A stretch of DNA of 64,000 nucleotides from Eledone cirrhosa (GCA_964016885.1 OZ024740.1:336784001-336848000); one strand, 5' to 3'. Numbered from the stretch's first letter, positions 11,113 through 25,479 are shown. The notes: generated from the sequence alone by a model not told the origin. Numbers and translations are program-made.

Positions 11113-13110
11113 TTGTCATCATTTTACACGTTTTCCATGCTGCTATAGGTTAGACAGGTTGTTATGATCCAACTCTAAACCGGTTCCATTTTGGGTATGG
11201 TTCCTATGCCAGTCACTTTACAGAATGTACTGGATGCATTTTACAGAGTGTATTGGATGCATTTTATCATGGCACTAGCACTACCACTTTGCAGAGTGTA
11301 CTGAATGCAATTTATCACAGCACCAGCATTTTGTAGAATATACTGAGTGCATTTTATCATGCCAATAGCACTAACAATTTCCCACTACAGAATTTATGAG
11401 AGCAGCTGGACTTGAAATTGATCAGCAATGTCTAGAGGGGGCGGGGAGTAAGTATAGTGTCATGGACATATAAGTGTGGTGGGATTTGACAATGAGGAGT
11501 AGAAGGGGTGACCTGTATTAGTGGGGGGGGGTACTGTGATGATAACAGTTACTAAAGGGTTATAACTAGTTTATCAAGATTTTAGAGGTGGTCATGGATA
11601 GAGTAGGACTGGGGTAGAGATTAATCATGTATAGAGTAAGGGTTTGGGTATGCAGTGATGGTAAGAATAGCTACTAAGGAGTAATAGAGGAGGGGTCGTA
11701 AACGGACTGTCTCGTCTTTAATGCTGGTGAGCAAGTCTTTAACAGTACTGCATGTCACCAGTCCATGTGATACCTTGTCATTTCTACCATAAGGTTCAGC
11801 TTTCTAAAGTCAGTTTTCATTACAGCATTCCATGGCTTCCTAGGTTTACCTTTTCCCTGAACCCTATCAACTGTGATGTCTCTGCACTTTATACAGCTGC
11901 CATCTTCCATACTCATCACATGTCCATACCAATGCATTTTTCTATCTTGCACATTACATCTAATTCTTATACCAAGTTTTTCTCTAAGCTCATTTATGCC
12001 TCATTGTTCATGCTCACTAACATTCACATCCATTGGAGCATACTCACTTCATTTCTTTCTATCCTTCTGCAGTCAAAGTCTATGCCTCAGTGCTATGTAA
12101 TATTGCAGTTCACAAACAGATATCATACAGTCTACCCTTCACTCTGGGAGAGAAGCCCTTTGTTGTCAGCAGAGATGCTAGTTCTCTAAACATCTTCCAA
12201 ACTCTTTTTACCCTGACTTCCATGTTTTCAGAACATCCTCCCTCACTGCTGATTAGGTCACCTAGATAACAAAAGCTGTCAATAACTTCTAGGGAATATA
12301 TTTCATATAAACTCTTTGTGCCTACTTCTCCTGTGCATGCACCACATAAAGTGTATATTCTCTGTTAGCCAGTCTACAATCCCATTACATCTCTTTTGCA
12401 TCCTTACATCTATATGCACTTTATGGAATGTTTGCCCATCCTTTTTTTTCAACATATTGACTAAGGCCATTTTGCAAATTTTACTTTTTAGCATTTTGAT
12501 AATTCATTTTTCTTCCATGTCTGGAATTTTACCTCTAACTCTTCAACAGATTTAGCTATATGGACTAGGTCATCAGCATACAGGTATTTCCATGAAGTGT
12601 CAGTTGTAAACTCCTCAGTTATGGTCTGAAGGACAATGATAAAGTGATGTGGACTGAGGACTAAGCCTTGATGGACTCCCACCTACACTTAAAATGCATT
12701 ATTGTACTCACTGTCAACTCTCGCCTTGATCGTTTCATTTCTATATATGGTTTGCACAACCCTTACAAGTTACTTGTCTACATCTAGCTTCCTTAACATT
12801 CATCAGATTACAGAGCAGAAGATTCTGTCTAAAACCTTCTCCAGATCTACAAATGCCAGGTACAGTGACTTACTCTTAGCGAAGTATTTCTCTTGCAGTT
12901 GTTATGCAATGAAGAGGGCATAAAACTAAACAGCATCACATCTACCTTGATTTTGTCTCTAATTACTTGTGCCATAACTCTTTCAGTAACTTTTATAACC
13001 CGGTCCATCAACTTGACGCTTATGTAGTTACCTCTCTCTAGTCTGTCTCCTTTGCCCTTGGAGCAGTTTACAATAGTACTATTGCACCAGTCATTGAGTA
13101 TGACATCATC
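11113..13110 (-). mobile_element. Degenerate RTE LINE (RT region plus 3' tail with ~46-bp repeats)
   Basis: Fragments DWCNSTIVNCSKGKGDRLERGNY, GVHQGLVLSP...LYADDL and WYGHV...GKPRKPW, with many stops and frameshifts. Confidence 0.88.
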
Positions 13111-14597
13111 CTGTGTGTATGTACAAAGATATTGCACCACAAGACATTGTAAAAAAGGTGAGATAGACAAAAACAGACACAAACAAGCATATTGCTTCAA
13201 CAACTGCTGTATTGTTGACAGTTTTGGCACTTTAAACAACAGTACTGCTCTCCAGTGCAGACATGGCTGTGTGGTTAAGAATGATAACCTTGGGTAGAGT
13301 TCTTCTACTCATTATAATCATCATCATTTAATATCTGCTTTCCCTGCTATATGTGTATTCTGTACTTCTGTTGTATATTTTTTTCCATGAAATACACACA
13401 CACACACACATACACTGTTGTAGATTTCTGATTCCCAATGTAGAATAACATGTTATGTGTGCTGATGAAAACTGGAGATTTAATAAAACTAGGGGAGAGA
13501 AATAAATATCATCTGATATGAAACATGAATTCAGAAACCAAAGTTCAAAAACATCTTTGTTTTCTTCCTTGGGTCTACCCTGATCAAAGTTGTGATCTTA
13601 GACATTCCCACTGCAACCATCGCATCTTTTTGTAAATGCACAACTACATTGACGATGAGCTTTTTTGTTTTTTAATATTGTTGGATTTGGTTAGTATTTC
13701 TAACAGGTCAAGCAAATGCTTAATGGCTTTGGTGTGTAAAATAAAAGATAGTGGTTTTTTTCCATACAAGGGACATAATTTTGGTAGTCTGATTATGTGA
13801 TGAAATAAATGGGTGAAGTTATCTGGTTGGGTATCGTACCAAAAGAAAACTGTGCGTGTCAAGGGAAATAATTGAACCAAATATAAAAGTCTGATATATG
13901 ATAGTTGAGATATGTTATGGCAGACACTCATATAAAGGATGCTAGCCATAACTTTCTCAGGTGTTCTTATATGTAATTGGTATATTTGAATTGATGTTAG
14001 CATTGATTAGACAGGGAAGAAATTCCAGTGAAATGTGAATCAGAAGAAAAAGGAATATTAAAGTGATTTATATGGAGTATCTTGAAGTAAAATGTATAAT
14101 AATAATAATTATTATTGTGTACAGTGCTCAGGTGCACTACAACTCATCAAAGGTGCATGTATAGTACATAGAATAATGTACAAATGTCAAGAAAGCAAGA
14201 TCATAAAAGAAAAATAGTTTTTCAAGTACTTTTAAGTGTAAGTTACACTATCTGAAGGATCAAAGATTACTTTAATCCCAAATTGTAATCCTTTAAATTA
14301 ATACCATCTGAATGTAATAATAAAGGTTGTCTGTTTAGCCAAGGAATTGGCTAGAGGAATCTGCCAGAGACCCAGCTTGGTGTCTAATTTGTTAAAGACC
14401 TGAGCATCTGTTAATGACCTTGAATATGTTCTACCTATGGCAGTGTTTTTTTATACACCCTGATTTGTTTAGTTATGTGAGATCAACACATTCAAGGATC
14501 TCCTTTGCTAATTATACCATTTGTGAGAAGCATTTAATGGCTTCTTCCACACAGCTGATGACTCTTATCCCCTCTATATGGTGCCCATCACAGCGTC

Positions 14598-14997
14598 TTA
14601 ACCCTTTAGCATTTACATTACTCTATATTTACGATATTATTTTCACAGTAAAGGCTTTATCTCACATAATATCGAATCTATGAAATTTTAATATTATTTA
14701 TTTTGAGAACAATACCTTAACATCAATATGTGTAGCCGGTTACAGCCAGTTTGAACAGAAAGAGGTGAGAGAACTCTGCCTGGATATGGCTGGTTTAACC
14801 CGTTTAGCATTCACTCTGTATTTACTATTGTATTTTCACTGTAAAGGCTTTATCTCACATAATATCGAATCTATGAGATTTTGATATTATTTATTTTGAG
14901 AATAATACCTTAATAATCTGTATGAATGGCCAGTTTGAACAGAAAGAGGTGAGAGAATTCTGGCCAGATATGGCTGGTTTAAATGCTAAAGGGTTAA
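14598..14997. mobile_element. Head-to-tail dimer of the piggyBac-like MITE
   Basis: Two ~200-bp copies joined at a TTAA (~14795). Outer ends are TTAA-CCCTTTAGC and GCTAAAGGG-TTAA. Confidence 0.8.
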
Positions 14998-15514
14998 ATG
15001 AGAACAACTCCACTCCCAGGTTTCAAATTGATGGTTTATGGCTATTATATAAAGGTAAGACCACTGCCCAGATTTGGATGACTGTTTTTCAGTGTGTCAG
15101 GTCTGTGATATTGATTTATGCGACCAATGTCAGCTTGATGACAGCTGGTCTACCTTGTGACATTATAGGCTGGTTCCTTATCTCATTAATGTCCTCTTGT
15201 ATCTGCTGTCTCCACTTTCTGTAGCATGATGTTTGAGACCTCTAGGACATCCAGTGGAGAGCAGTTTGGTCCTAGTAGTGACCACTTAATGTTTTTGGAG
15301 AGACTTTTTTATCACTTTTGATATCAACCAGCACAAAACTGTTTCTGTGAAAGAAAACCACCTATTTTAAAGGGATCCTATTTAAATTACCATCTTCCAA
15401 TATAATTTAATATGAGAACTTTTTAGTAAATCCATCCAAATTCTTCATTAATTAATGAAAAAGGAAGTGTATTTCATTATAAATGTGGTCATAAAAGAGT
15501 TAATACTAAATTCA

Positions 15515-15705
15515 ACATAAAGACAACAGTCACATCAGTACCAATGTCTATTTTAAATATGACCTTTCTGACTACTAATCTGTTCCTAATCAGTTCATCA
15601 TGTAAAGCTCTAGATTTACAGTATTCAGCCAATGTATAGAACAGAGTCAGGAAATAATCTATTTCATTAGTTTCTTGCTTTGTCATATTAAATCTGATTC
15701 TGAAA
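15515..15705 (-). mobile_element. Gypsy-like LTR retrotransposon remnant (gag fused to protease motif by deletion)
   Basis: LYTLAEYC..LHDELIRNRLVV-like gag segment is directly followed by FKIDIGTDVTV (cf. aspartic protease FKxDTGADVT). Confidence 0.55.
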
Positions 15706-15808
15706 AGGCTATAGAGAAATCCCTAAACTGAACAGTCTGAAGAAATGATAAAACCATGAACACTTAAAACGTAGGACTTAAATTACAGCACTCATTAATA
15801 TCTGCAAC

Positions 15809-15972
15809 CAGTGCCAGATTTAGGACAAATGAGGGCCTGTACTAATTAAGTCATGAGACCCCTTACTTGTAAAAAATTTGTTTTGCAGGAAGATGCACAC
15901 CCACCCCCACCACCCAAGCCAACGGGGCCCTGTGCTTAAGCAGACCTAAGCACAATGGTAAATCCAGCCATG
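15809..15972. mobile_element. hAT-like MITE
   Basis: Imperfect TIRs CAGTGCCAGATTTA / TAAATCCAGCCATG, flanked by an 8-bp duplication TCTGCAAC / TCTGTAAC. Confidence 0.65.
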
Positions 15973-16394
15973 TCTGTAACTATTCTTACCCACATTGTCC
16001 AGTTCTCAGAATCTTGGAATTTAGATAATATCACAACTTTTCTTTCTTTTTTTAAAGCCAACAAGTGAAGTAACATCATGGAGTCCAATCACTGTCTTTA
16101 ACATTCTCAAGCACTGTAGAAAGACTCATCCATGACATTTCTAATTCACACTCTCACCCCTCCAAATTAGAACATGGATCCAGACTATGACATTACTACT
16201 CACAAACTTACACAGAAGATAAATGATTTTTTTTTTTAATGATGAAGTAAAAACAAAAAAATCGTCTGAACTATTCTAACTACAAATAACATCAGCAGAG
16301 GTTTCAACTTCGAATGTGTAGCCTTAGGCTAGTTTTGATTTAGCAGGCTTATGGTATGGAGGTAGTCAGCTAAATGACTAGGCACAATCCACAG

Positions 16395-17135
16395 ATCTGT
16401 TATTCAAGAGGTTTTGAGACTTTTATAAGAGAAATATTTATTTAACTCAGATCAACACAAAACTCTAGTCTTCCCAAAATAAGATCCTCCTTCAATGCAC
16501 TTGTGGTAATGCTCCAGCCACTTCTGGAAGGCCTCTTTGTAGTCCTCCAAAGTGAAGGGGCCCAGCCTGCTTGTCACAGCTTCCTTCATCTCCTCCACAT
16601 CCTCAAAGCAGATACCCCTGAACTTCTTCAGCTTTGGGAACATCTAGGTCTCGCTGTAGGGAAAATAAGGGACAGTCTTGATCAACCAAGTAGTTTGTCA
16701 CTTGAATTCGAAGCGATCCACTGGACCTGCTGTCATCAATGTGCCTCTGCCTTTGATCTTCATTGAGCACCCTGTGAACAAATTTTGCACATGTTCAGTT
16801 CGTCATGAATTACTCTATGCTCAGTACCATCAGCCACTTCAAATTGTTTGGCAATTGTCAGAAGAGATGCACAACGATCTTCGTCCAGAAATTTGCGAAT
16901 TTTGTCAACCAACTTTGGCGTGCTGATGTCCCTCTTCCTGCCATAACACTCGTCGTTCCACACCTGCTCCCTGTGTTTAAAGTGCTGTAGCAGACCGAAC
17001 CTTCAACCTGGAGAAAAAAAGATTTCGCATGTTAGCTTATTATAACCATATCAAATATGTATTAGAGTGACAGTTATGTAGGCTAATTAAAAGTGCCTGA
17101 AAAGAAAAACTCTTACAACTTCAATGTACCTCATA
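16395..17135 (-). mobile_element. Internally deleted mariner transposon
   Basis: N-terminal HTH-like LVDKIRKFLDEDRCASLLTIAKQF and C-terminal FPKLKK..FEDVEEMKEAV..AFQKWLEHYHKCIEGGSYF, typical of mariner transposases. Ends are approximate. Confidence 0.75.
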
Positions 17136-17950
17136 TCATTCTTTTGCCTAGCTGAGAGTCATACTGCACACTATAACTACTAGTACTTTTTTCTTGTTCT
17201 TAGGAGGATCGTTAAGCACACCTTCCAGTGGGTTCTGTCAGAAGTGACTGTCTCTAATTACTCCAGCTGGATCCCCAAACAAGACCAGCCGAGGTCATAG
17301 ACTCTAACATGCATTTATAAATTGTATGCTATTCAGTGTGACACTTTGGATGACTCTAACATGCAAAGTTATCAGGGTTACCTTTTACTCAAATTCACAC
17401 TTTTTCTCCAAAGTTACTTGTTTTGGACATCACCCATCTCTCTCTCACACATGAACTTGTATATGATATATGAGTGTGTGTATAAATGTATACATAGATA
17501 TGGGTAAATATGTAAGTGTGTATATATGTAAATATATACAAAGTGTGTCAGAAAAGAAACGACTGGGGTTGCAAAAAAAATATTTCAAATCCAAACTACA
17601 AGTTTTCCCAATAATCCCTCTCGAGTCTAACACTGCCTTCTCTGCTTCACCTCCATGCACACAATATCTAAAACTTTCCTTATAGTAGCTTGGTTCTTAA
17701 ACTTTAACCTTGTACTCCACTTTTTAACCTAATTGACTATCTATTGATACACCTGCCTCTCCTTCTTTTCAATAGCCCAGCCCTGCCACTTCCTTTAGAC
17801 AGCTATACTACTCCTTTCATAACACTTCAATTCATTAGTCGCCAAACATTATCCACCCATTCTGAAAAATATTGGCACCCACAGATACCTATGACTAATA
17901 CATCTGCCATATAAGCATGCAGAATACATGGTGTACCTGCATTTAACAAT

Positions 17951-18282
17951 GGAGGCACATGGCTTAGTGGTTAGAGCATTGGCCGTGCAATCGAAAGGTT
18001 GTGAGTTCAATTCTCAGACCGGGTGATGTGTTGTTTCCTTGAGCAAGACACTTTATTTCACATTGCTCCAGTTTACTCAGCTGTAGAAATGAGATGATAG
18101 GGACTGGGGGTCCCTATTATTCCACTGCAAAGTGGTCGTGTAGGTGCCACGGCAAAAACCACCCAGCACTCACTGTAAATAAGGTTGGTGTTAGGAAGGG
18201 CATCCAGCTGTAGAAATCAAGCCAGAATCAGTTCCCGTCCCACCCTTGCAAGCAGGGAAAAGTGGACGTAAAATGATGATGA
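17951..18282 (+). mobile_element. tRNA-derived SINE with RTE-derived tail
   Basis: A-box TGGCTTAGTGG, B-box GAGTTCAATTC, central CCTTGAGCAAGACACTT, and tail GGACGTAAAATGATGATG shared with the RTE copies. Confidence 0.85.
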
Positions 18283-18511
18283 ATGGGCTATGCAACCTTC
18301 CTCTCTTGTACTTGACATAACCTTTACATGTAGACATGTCTTTGATTAAAATATACTCTCATCTAACCCATGCTAGCTTGGAAAGTAGACGTTAAATGAT
18401 GATGATGATGTATATATATATATATATTCTTTTTATATATACCCTTGTATGCATGTGAACTTGCACATGTTGTCTAGGTGTACGTGTGAGCGTACAGCTT
18501 CACATCTTTTT

Positions 18512-18720
18512 TTAACGCTTTAGCATTCACATTACTCTATATATACTATTATATTTTCATGGTAAAGGCTTTACCTCGCATAATTATCTCACATAATATT
18601 GAATCTATGAGATTTAAAAAAGTATTTATTTTGAAAACAATACCTTAACATCAGTTTGAGTGGCCAGTTTCAACAGAAAAAGGTAGAGAATTTTGGCTGG
18701 TTTGAACATTAAAGGGTTAA
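18512..18720. mobile_element. piggyBac-like MITE (third locus)
   Basis: TTAA-CGCTTTAGCATT ... AAAGGG-TTAA, with interior homologous to 8767-8990. Confidence 0.75.
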
Positions 18721-19685
18721 ACCTCGAACACATGGTCACATAAATCTCTGTATACTCTACCTATTAACATACCACAGAGAAGCGTGACAAACTTCTTGGA
18801 ATTTAAATTCAGTGCCAGCAGTTGAATATCAAAGCTGCCCCCAATTGAGCTGTAAAAATAAGAAATAAATAACTAAATTTACCAGCCTACTTTTATCTCT
18901 TGTAAATTGAAGCGACTGACTTGACAGCTTAGCTCAGTGACCTACCCAGCCACAAAATATCCTAGAGTAGTATCTCCCAACACTTGCTTGCCTATCACCA
19001 TCATTTTGTACATCATATGTTCGCTTATAACCAGACTGCTATCATTGTGTTCCGTACTATGGCAAGCATATAAAAAACAAAAACATAATATTACAACAAT
19101 ACCCGTCTGATGACAACACATCAAACGATTACTATGCAACTACTTTAATGTCTTTGAAATGTGTGCATAACGGTATTATATAATAAACAGGTTGTATTCA
19201 TAAAACTATCTCTCTTCTTTTTTATTATATATATATATGTGACGATGATGATACACACTCACATACAAAGTTTATACATTACTTAATCACATACATACAA
19301 CAAAATATATCGAATAAATTTAACATTTGACAATAACTACTGAAATGGAATATATTACTCATAATTTGAAGATAAATATTTTTCTTAAATGTAATTTCCC
19401 TTGTCTTCGCTCCCCTCACATACACACATATGCTTACATGGGTTAAGTGAGGCTTTTTGACAAAGTTTTTCTTTGACCAGATACTCTTTCTGATGTCAAG
19501 CCATACCTTAGTTTTAAATAATGGTATATTCAGTGGACGTTTGTCAAACTGCAAAACTGTGGGGTTTATTTTGTTTATGGAAGATGTAAACAAATACCAT
19601 TACTAGCTTTTTTTTTTTTTATAAACTGTGTTGATATGACATTTGCAGTGACTGCGATACACATACACAGACACACCCATATATA

Positions 19686-20135
19686 CATCATCATCACCAT
19701 TTCACATCTATTTTCTATGCTTCCAGATGGCTATTTCACTCACACATTACATTCTAGTATGTTTTCTATGGATGCATATCCTTCCTAACACCAGCCACTT
19801 CATGGTGTATACCAAGTGCATTTTGTCATGGTACCACCACTACCATTTGATAAGGTGGACTGGGTGCTTTTTATCATGACACCAGCACCCCCACTTTATT
19901 GTATGTGCTGGGTGCATTTTATCTTGGCACCAGCACTACCACTTTTTAGTATGGGCTGAGTGTATTTTATCGTGACACCAGCACTACCATTTTACAGTGT
20001 GAAATAAGCACATTTTATAATGGCACCACCATTACTACTTTGCAGAATGGGCAGAGTGTATTTTATCACAGCACCACCACTTAGCAGTATGGACTGAGTG
20101 CATTTTATCATGGCATCAACTCTACTATATTTCCA
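19686..20135 (-). repeat. RTE 3' tail with ~7 diverged tandem copies of a ~46-bp unit
   Basis: Unit resembles accactttacagtgtggactgggtgcattttatcatggcaccagcact and follows a (CAT)n tail. Confidence 0.75.
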
Positions 20136-21109
20136 CACTAAGACATTTGTGTCCTCAGCCAAGCTGTGAGGGTAGTGATAGGGGGTGGGGGAATGAGAAC
20201 AGGGGCTAGGCTACCTGTTGTTTCCTGAGGAAGGGAGAAGCAGATTTAAACATCTGGCAGTATTGTGGTGTGCACATGGCCTTACATGTTGGTAAGGTAG
20301 GGTGATTGAATTGCAGAGTGTGTAGTGGGGAGAGAAAGTGTTGGGTCATTAGGTTGGTCTTGGAGAGAGTGAGTGAGCGGCATTTGGCAGTATAGTGGAG
20401 ATGCATCCATCTTTCCATGTTGGGATTGGTTGGGCAGAGATGTGAATGGAGGTAAGACGAAGGTGAGGGAGGAGGATTGGTCCAAAGGTGGGGTTGAGGG
20501 CTTTTCGTCTATGATGTAGGTTTCTAATTCTCTTCCTTGCTGTAATAAGCATCAAACAACTCTCTGAATTTGTCCTCAGCCGAGAGCTCTTTCGGCCTAA
20601 TTCTAAGATCACTAACTACAAGGTAATGTTAGGTAGTATATTCTTCACCAGAGATCAATTTTGTATTTAGGACATCAGTCTGTTCCAATTTCTAGTGAGG
20701 ATAAAATCTATTAGGCTTGTGTGAAAAACTGTTTAATGAAGAAAAGTATGGGTGGAGGAGAGGCTACCCTAAGTAGATTGAACTGAAGGACTGGCTATCC
20801 AGATTAGCAGCAGTTTGGTAGGTAAGGTAATCAAGGATATGAATATAGGCAAGGGTGCTGACAATTGGGGATATTTGCCAAGGTGCTGAGATGATTGAAC
20901 ACATGCTTGTCATGCAGATATTGAATCAGTTATTACAGGATAGAAACATACCCAGTTAACTGCGTCTAGGGCAAATGAGATGCATTGGACAGAGAAAACT
21001 ATAGGGCCATCAAGTTTAAGAACCAGGTCATGAAAGTTATTGGTGAGGGTGAGGGGTATGTTGGAGTAGCTCAAAACAGCAGCAAAATGTGACATTAATG
21101 TGTTGATAG

Positions 21110-21570
21110 CTTCTGGTACCTAGATGACAAAATTAGCAATGACAGGTTGCTCTGAGAGTATAGTAATTAGAATAAGAACAGGAAGGAAAACGTTCAGGGA
21201 GCTACTACCTGGCTGTCAATGTTGCATGGTTGTGAATGTAGAGGATATGCTAAAGCTAGAGAGAAATGAAGCAAGCATGCTTCATTGGATGTGCAATATT
21301 AATGTGTGTGAAAAACAAAGCATGGATGAGCTGAAAGAAAAACTAGGTATAAGAGGAATTAGATGTAGTATGTAAAAGAGAAGGCTATGCTGGTATGGAC
21401 ATGTGATGCATATCGATGATGATTGTTGGGAAAAAAAGTGCCAGGAAATCCCAGAACTGCTGTAGAGGAATAATAAGGAAGCTCACAGAGAAGAATACAA
21501 AAGAACAACAGATGGAGGGATGCTGTGCTGGAAGAGAACCGGCAAGCATGGAAAAACATTAAATGATGAT
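21110..21570 (+). mobile_element. Degenerate RTE LINE 3' fragment
   Basis: ORF 21124-21375: GCSESIVIRIRTG..FRELLP..LERNEASMLHWMC. Confidence 0.8.
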
Positions 21571-23512
21571 ACAATGGGCTTCCTTACAGTTTCCATCCAC
21601 TAAATACACTCACAAGACAGAGCAGTTGATGCTAAATTAGGAGATACTTGCCCAATGTGTAGATCATGACTTCCTAGTCTACAGGCTCCTACTTGAATAA
21701 CTTAATACTTCTACACCCAACTATCTTCTTTCGTGTTTGTACTAGTGCAGTGTTTTCTCTTACCTTCGACTGCTGATTCTTCTACTACCCATTTTTTCCT
21801 CTCAGCTCATCTGTTCTCCATCATTTATACACACCCAACAAAGCTTACCTTATTTCTTTCCTGTCTTTGTACATCCTCTACAATCTGTTCTCATGTCTTG
21901 CTATCTTACAGTATTATACTTTACACATAAGCATCATACAACTTGCACTTCTCTCAGAGAGACAAAATCTTTATTGCCAAGAGAGGTGATAGTACCTTAG
22001 ACTCAACACCCACCTCCCCTGCTGATTTGGTCATCTATATAACAGAAACTGTTAATTATTTTTAAAGGACCTTCTGGTTAAATGAAAGAATGCATTACAT
22101 GAATTATCTTATTGCTAACTACTCTTGCATCAGTTGCATACTAAGTTCTTGTCTGTCAGCCTGCCTGAAATCTCATAGAACTTTTTGTCATCATCATCAT
22201 TTTAACGTCTGCTTTCCCTGCTAGCAAGAGTAGCACGGGTCTACATAGACCAAGTCAGTACTGATTTCCCAGACAGGCCAGGGATCTATGTCTTGCTTAT
22301 GTATGGTCTTACATTCTACCGAGTACACAGGAGTCTGTCATGTCTTTGACACAGCTAAGTGTCCTTCCCAAGCCTTTTATGGCTAGATGCCCTTCCTATC
22401 ACCAACCACTTTACAACATCTACTGGGTGTGTTTATAGTGTAGGTCACCAAATACTAGAGAAGCTGGCATGTCCTTGACATGACTGAATGGTCCTCCCAA
22501 CCCTTTGTTTGGCAAGCCCTCCATGGCTGGATGCTCTAACCACTTTTGTGTATCCATAATTTACATTAGGAACACAATATGAGGGATCCTTTATTGGTTC
22601 CGACATTAAGCATTTGGTTGTTCAATCAGCATCCTACTTTAAATTAAAATAACTGAGTATTCCACACAAATCTTTTTAACAAAATTTCCAACTCGAATCA
22701 GCAATACACAATATGTCATAAGGTTAGACTTTTGAATTACATTTGCAATCAATTCACTAAGTCTGCACAGTTTCTTTCAACTAAATTTCACTCATAAGGC
22801 TTGAGTCAAGCAGAGGTTATGGTAAAGATACTTGTTCAAGGTTCCCACTGGGATTCTGAAGCAAACTTTGTACCTACTCAGTCATGACTGATAAACAGTA
22901 AAGAGTTACAATTTACTGATAGTGAGAAGAAATACCAGAGATCTTTAACAGAAAGATTAGTAAAGAAGATTTGTAATTCAACTTTGACTTAGTAAAGTTA
23001 ACTTACCTACACCATGAAAATGACTGAAGGTGCAATTTATATCTTAAACCAAATTACCCAAATAATTACTGGTTCTTAAAACTAGTATTGCATCACCTGC
23101 CCCTTTTCTGCTTATATAAATTCCCTGATCAAGGACTCCTAGTCCTGCCATGTATTAACTTACCATCTGGCCCTAATTCTCGTTATACAGTGATTAAACT
23201 CAACAGTTTTGATTACAACACCATATATCTAAAACATGAAAGAACAAATCATTTGTATATAAGAATCAATAGCTTTTACCACTCCACACTTCAACCACCC
23301 CTGTAAAGAGGTGAAAACACATGACTAAGTGGTTAGGGTGTTAGTCTCATAATCATAAGGTTTCACTCCTGGACCAGGAAGTGCATTGCAACCTTAAGCA
23401 AGGCACATCATTTCAAGTTTCTCCAGTCCACTCAACTGAAGATATGAATATTAATGACAACTAGGAGTTAACCTTCTGACAGTCTTGTCTAAGAATGTTG
23501 TAATCTGTCACT

Positions 23513-23930
23513 TAACCCTTTCATTACCATATTTCTTAAGAAATACACACTATTTCAATTAATTAATTGTTTCTACTTTTGGCACAAGGCCAGCAATTAT
23601 CCCAGTGAATTATTGGTACTTTATTTTATCGACCCCCATAAGGATGAAAGGCAAAGTTAACCTCAGCGGAATTTCAACTCAGACCGTAAAGGGCCGTAAC
23701 TCTACACTGCATATCATGGTGTCCTACTCTCTATCGATACTGTCAATCCTGAAGAATCTTTAGGGATTTACTAAAATTATTGATTATTTCATTACTAAGA
23801 TAGTAACTTAACATGTTTTTTATATAAAATTGTAGGAAGATTTTAATTTAAATAGGAGCCCTTTAAAATAGGGGTTTTTGTTTCATAAAAGAAGAGCCAG
23901 TTTTGGGTTGGTTAGTATTAAAAGGGATAA
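23513..23930. mobile_element. Second piggyBac-like MITE family, interrupted by a SINE (~23570-23750)
   Basis: Starts TTAACCCTTTC and ends AAAAGGGATAA. An uninterrupted homologous segment lies at 8423-8540. Confidence 0.55.
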
Positions 23931-25152
23931 TTCCACATACAACCAGGATAAGTTCCAGTCTAATGAACTTATACTTTCAATAAAGACTTTAACATTTTTA
24001 AACACCCCATTAGCTCTAATATAATTAAAAAATGTCCTAACCCAGTTTTCTTATTTCTCTTCATTGATGACCTTCTACCAGTGTCCATTAACTTCTATAC
24101 AGACAACACAATATTTCAGTTTAATCTTCAAAATCTCACACATTATCCATTAATATCAGGAGCTAATGTCAGATCAATGGTCTTTTACCAATGATCTTCT
24201 TCACCATAACCTTTAGAGAAATCCAACAATCTGGTAGTTTATATCATCATCATCATCTTTTTATGTTCACCTTCGTGGTCCGAAACTAGGTCGGTTGGAG
24301 AAGCCACATCTTGCTCACATCTTCCATATTTGACATGGTTTTTACAGCTTCCAAATACCAACCACTTTGCAGTGTTTACTGGGTGCATTTTATCATAGCA
24401 CCAGCACTGCCACTTTACAGTGTGTGCTGTGCATTTCAATGTGGCGCTAGCACTAGAGAGGTTGTCAAATACTCGACCAGACTGAAAAGTCCCCCTCCCC
24501 ACCCTGTATTGTCTCCATTTGAGCACTAACCATTTTACAGTGTACTCGGTCTATTTTATAGTGGCACCAGCACTAGAGATGTTGTCAGGTACTCAATATG
24601 GTCCACAGGTCCTCATTATAATACCAAGAATTATATCTAAAGTTTTCATTAAAACACCACAACTTAAGAGATCCTTCAGTATATACACCTTAACTCAGCT
24701 CTGCTAGAAGCCTCACTCACTTAGCTTTGTTGAACTTATATGAAGGGGTTTTAATTTTCCATTCAGGACTAAGAACAATTTGATATTTGTTGATGCTACA
24801 AATGTTAAAGTGCTCTAATCCAACCAAAATCAATTTTGCCTTTCATCCTTTTGTAATTGATAAAATAACATAGCAGTTGGTGATGTGAGATTGGTAGAAC
24901 ATCAGACGTGATATCTTCTATTAGTTCCAACTATATGTGTTTTGAGGTCTCTGCAGTGGTCTTCTTGGATACTAGACTTAATCCATTGCCCAGTTTAATA
25001 ACAGCACCTGCCCATTTAGTGCCTTTAACATAGTCTGCTCTGTTGCAAGTAAATTGTGCCAATTCTCTGAGGATACCTTTATCCCCCTAGCCTGGACAGT
25101 CTCAAAGGCCATAAAAGGAGTTACAGACACTGCCTTTCTCTCCCTGACTATA

Positions 25153-25479
25153 CATCATCATCATTTTACGTCCGCTTTTCCTTGCTTGCAAGGTTGGGAC
25201 GGGAACTGATTCTGACTTGATTTCTACAGCTGGATGCCCTTCCTAACACCAACCTCATTTACAGTGAGTGCTGGGTGCTTTTTTGCTGTGGCACCTACAC
25301 GACCACTTTGCAGTGGAATGTTAGGGACCCCAGTCCCTATCATCTCATTTCTACAGCTGAGTAAACTGGAGCAATGTGAAATAAAGTGTCTTGCTCAAGG
25401 AAACAACACATCACCCGGTCTGAGAATTCAACCTTTCGATTGCAAGCCCAATGCTCTAACCACTAAGCCATGTGCATCC
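25153..25479 (-). mobile_element. tRNA-derived SINE, near-identical to 17951-18282
   Basis: Reverse complement aligns along its whole length by eye. Confidence 0.88.

Noticed and set aside
17951-18020. tRNA gene
   Set aside because: A and B boxes are present, but the sequence continues into a SINE body and tail and occurs in several diverged copies.
20200-21095. Penelope-like retroelement remnants (also ~17560-17930 and ~23100-23300)
   Set aside because: Composition is suggestive, but no catalytic motif could be read confidently.
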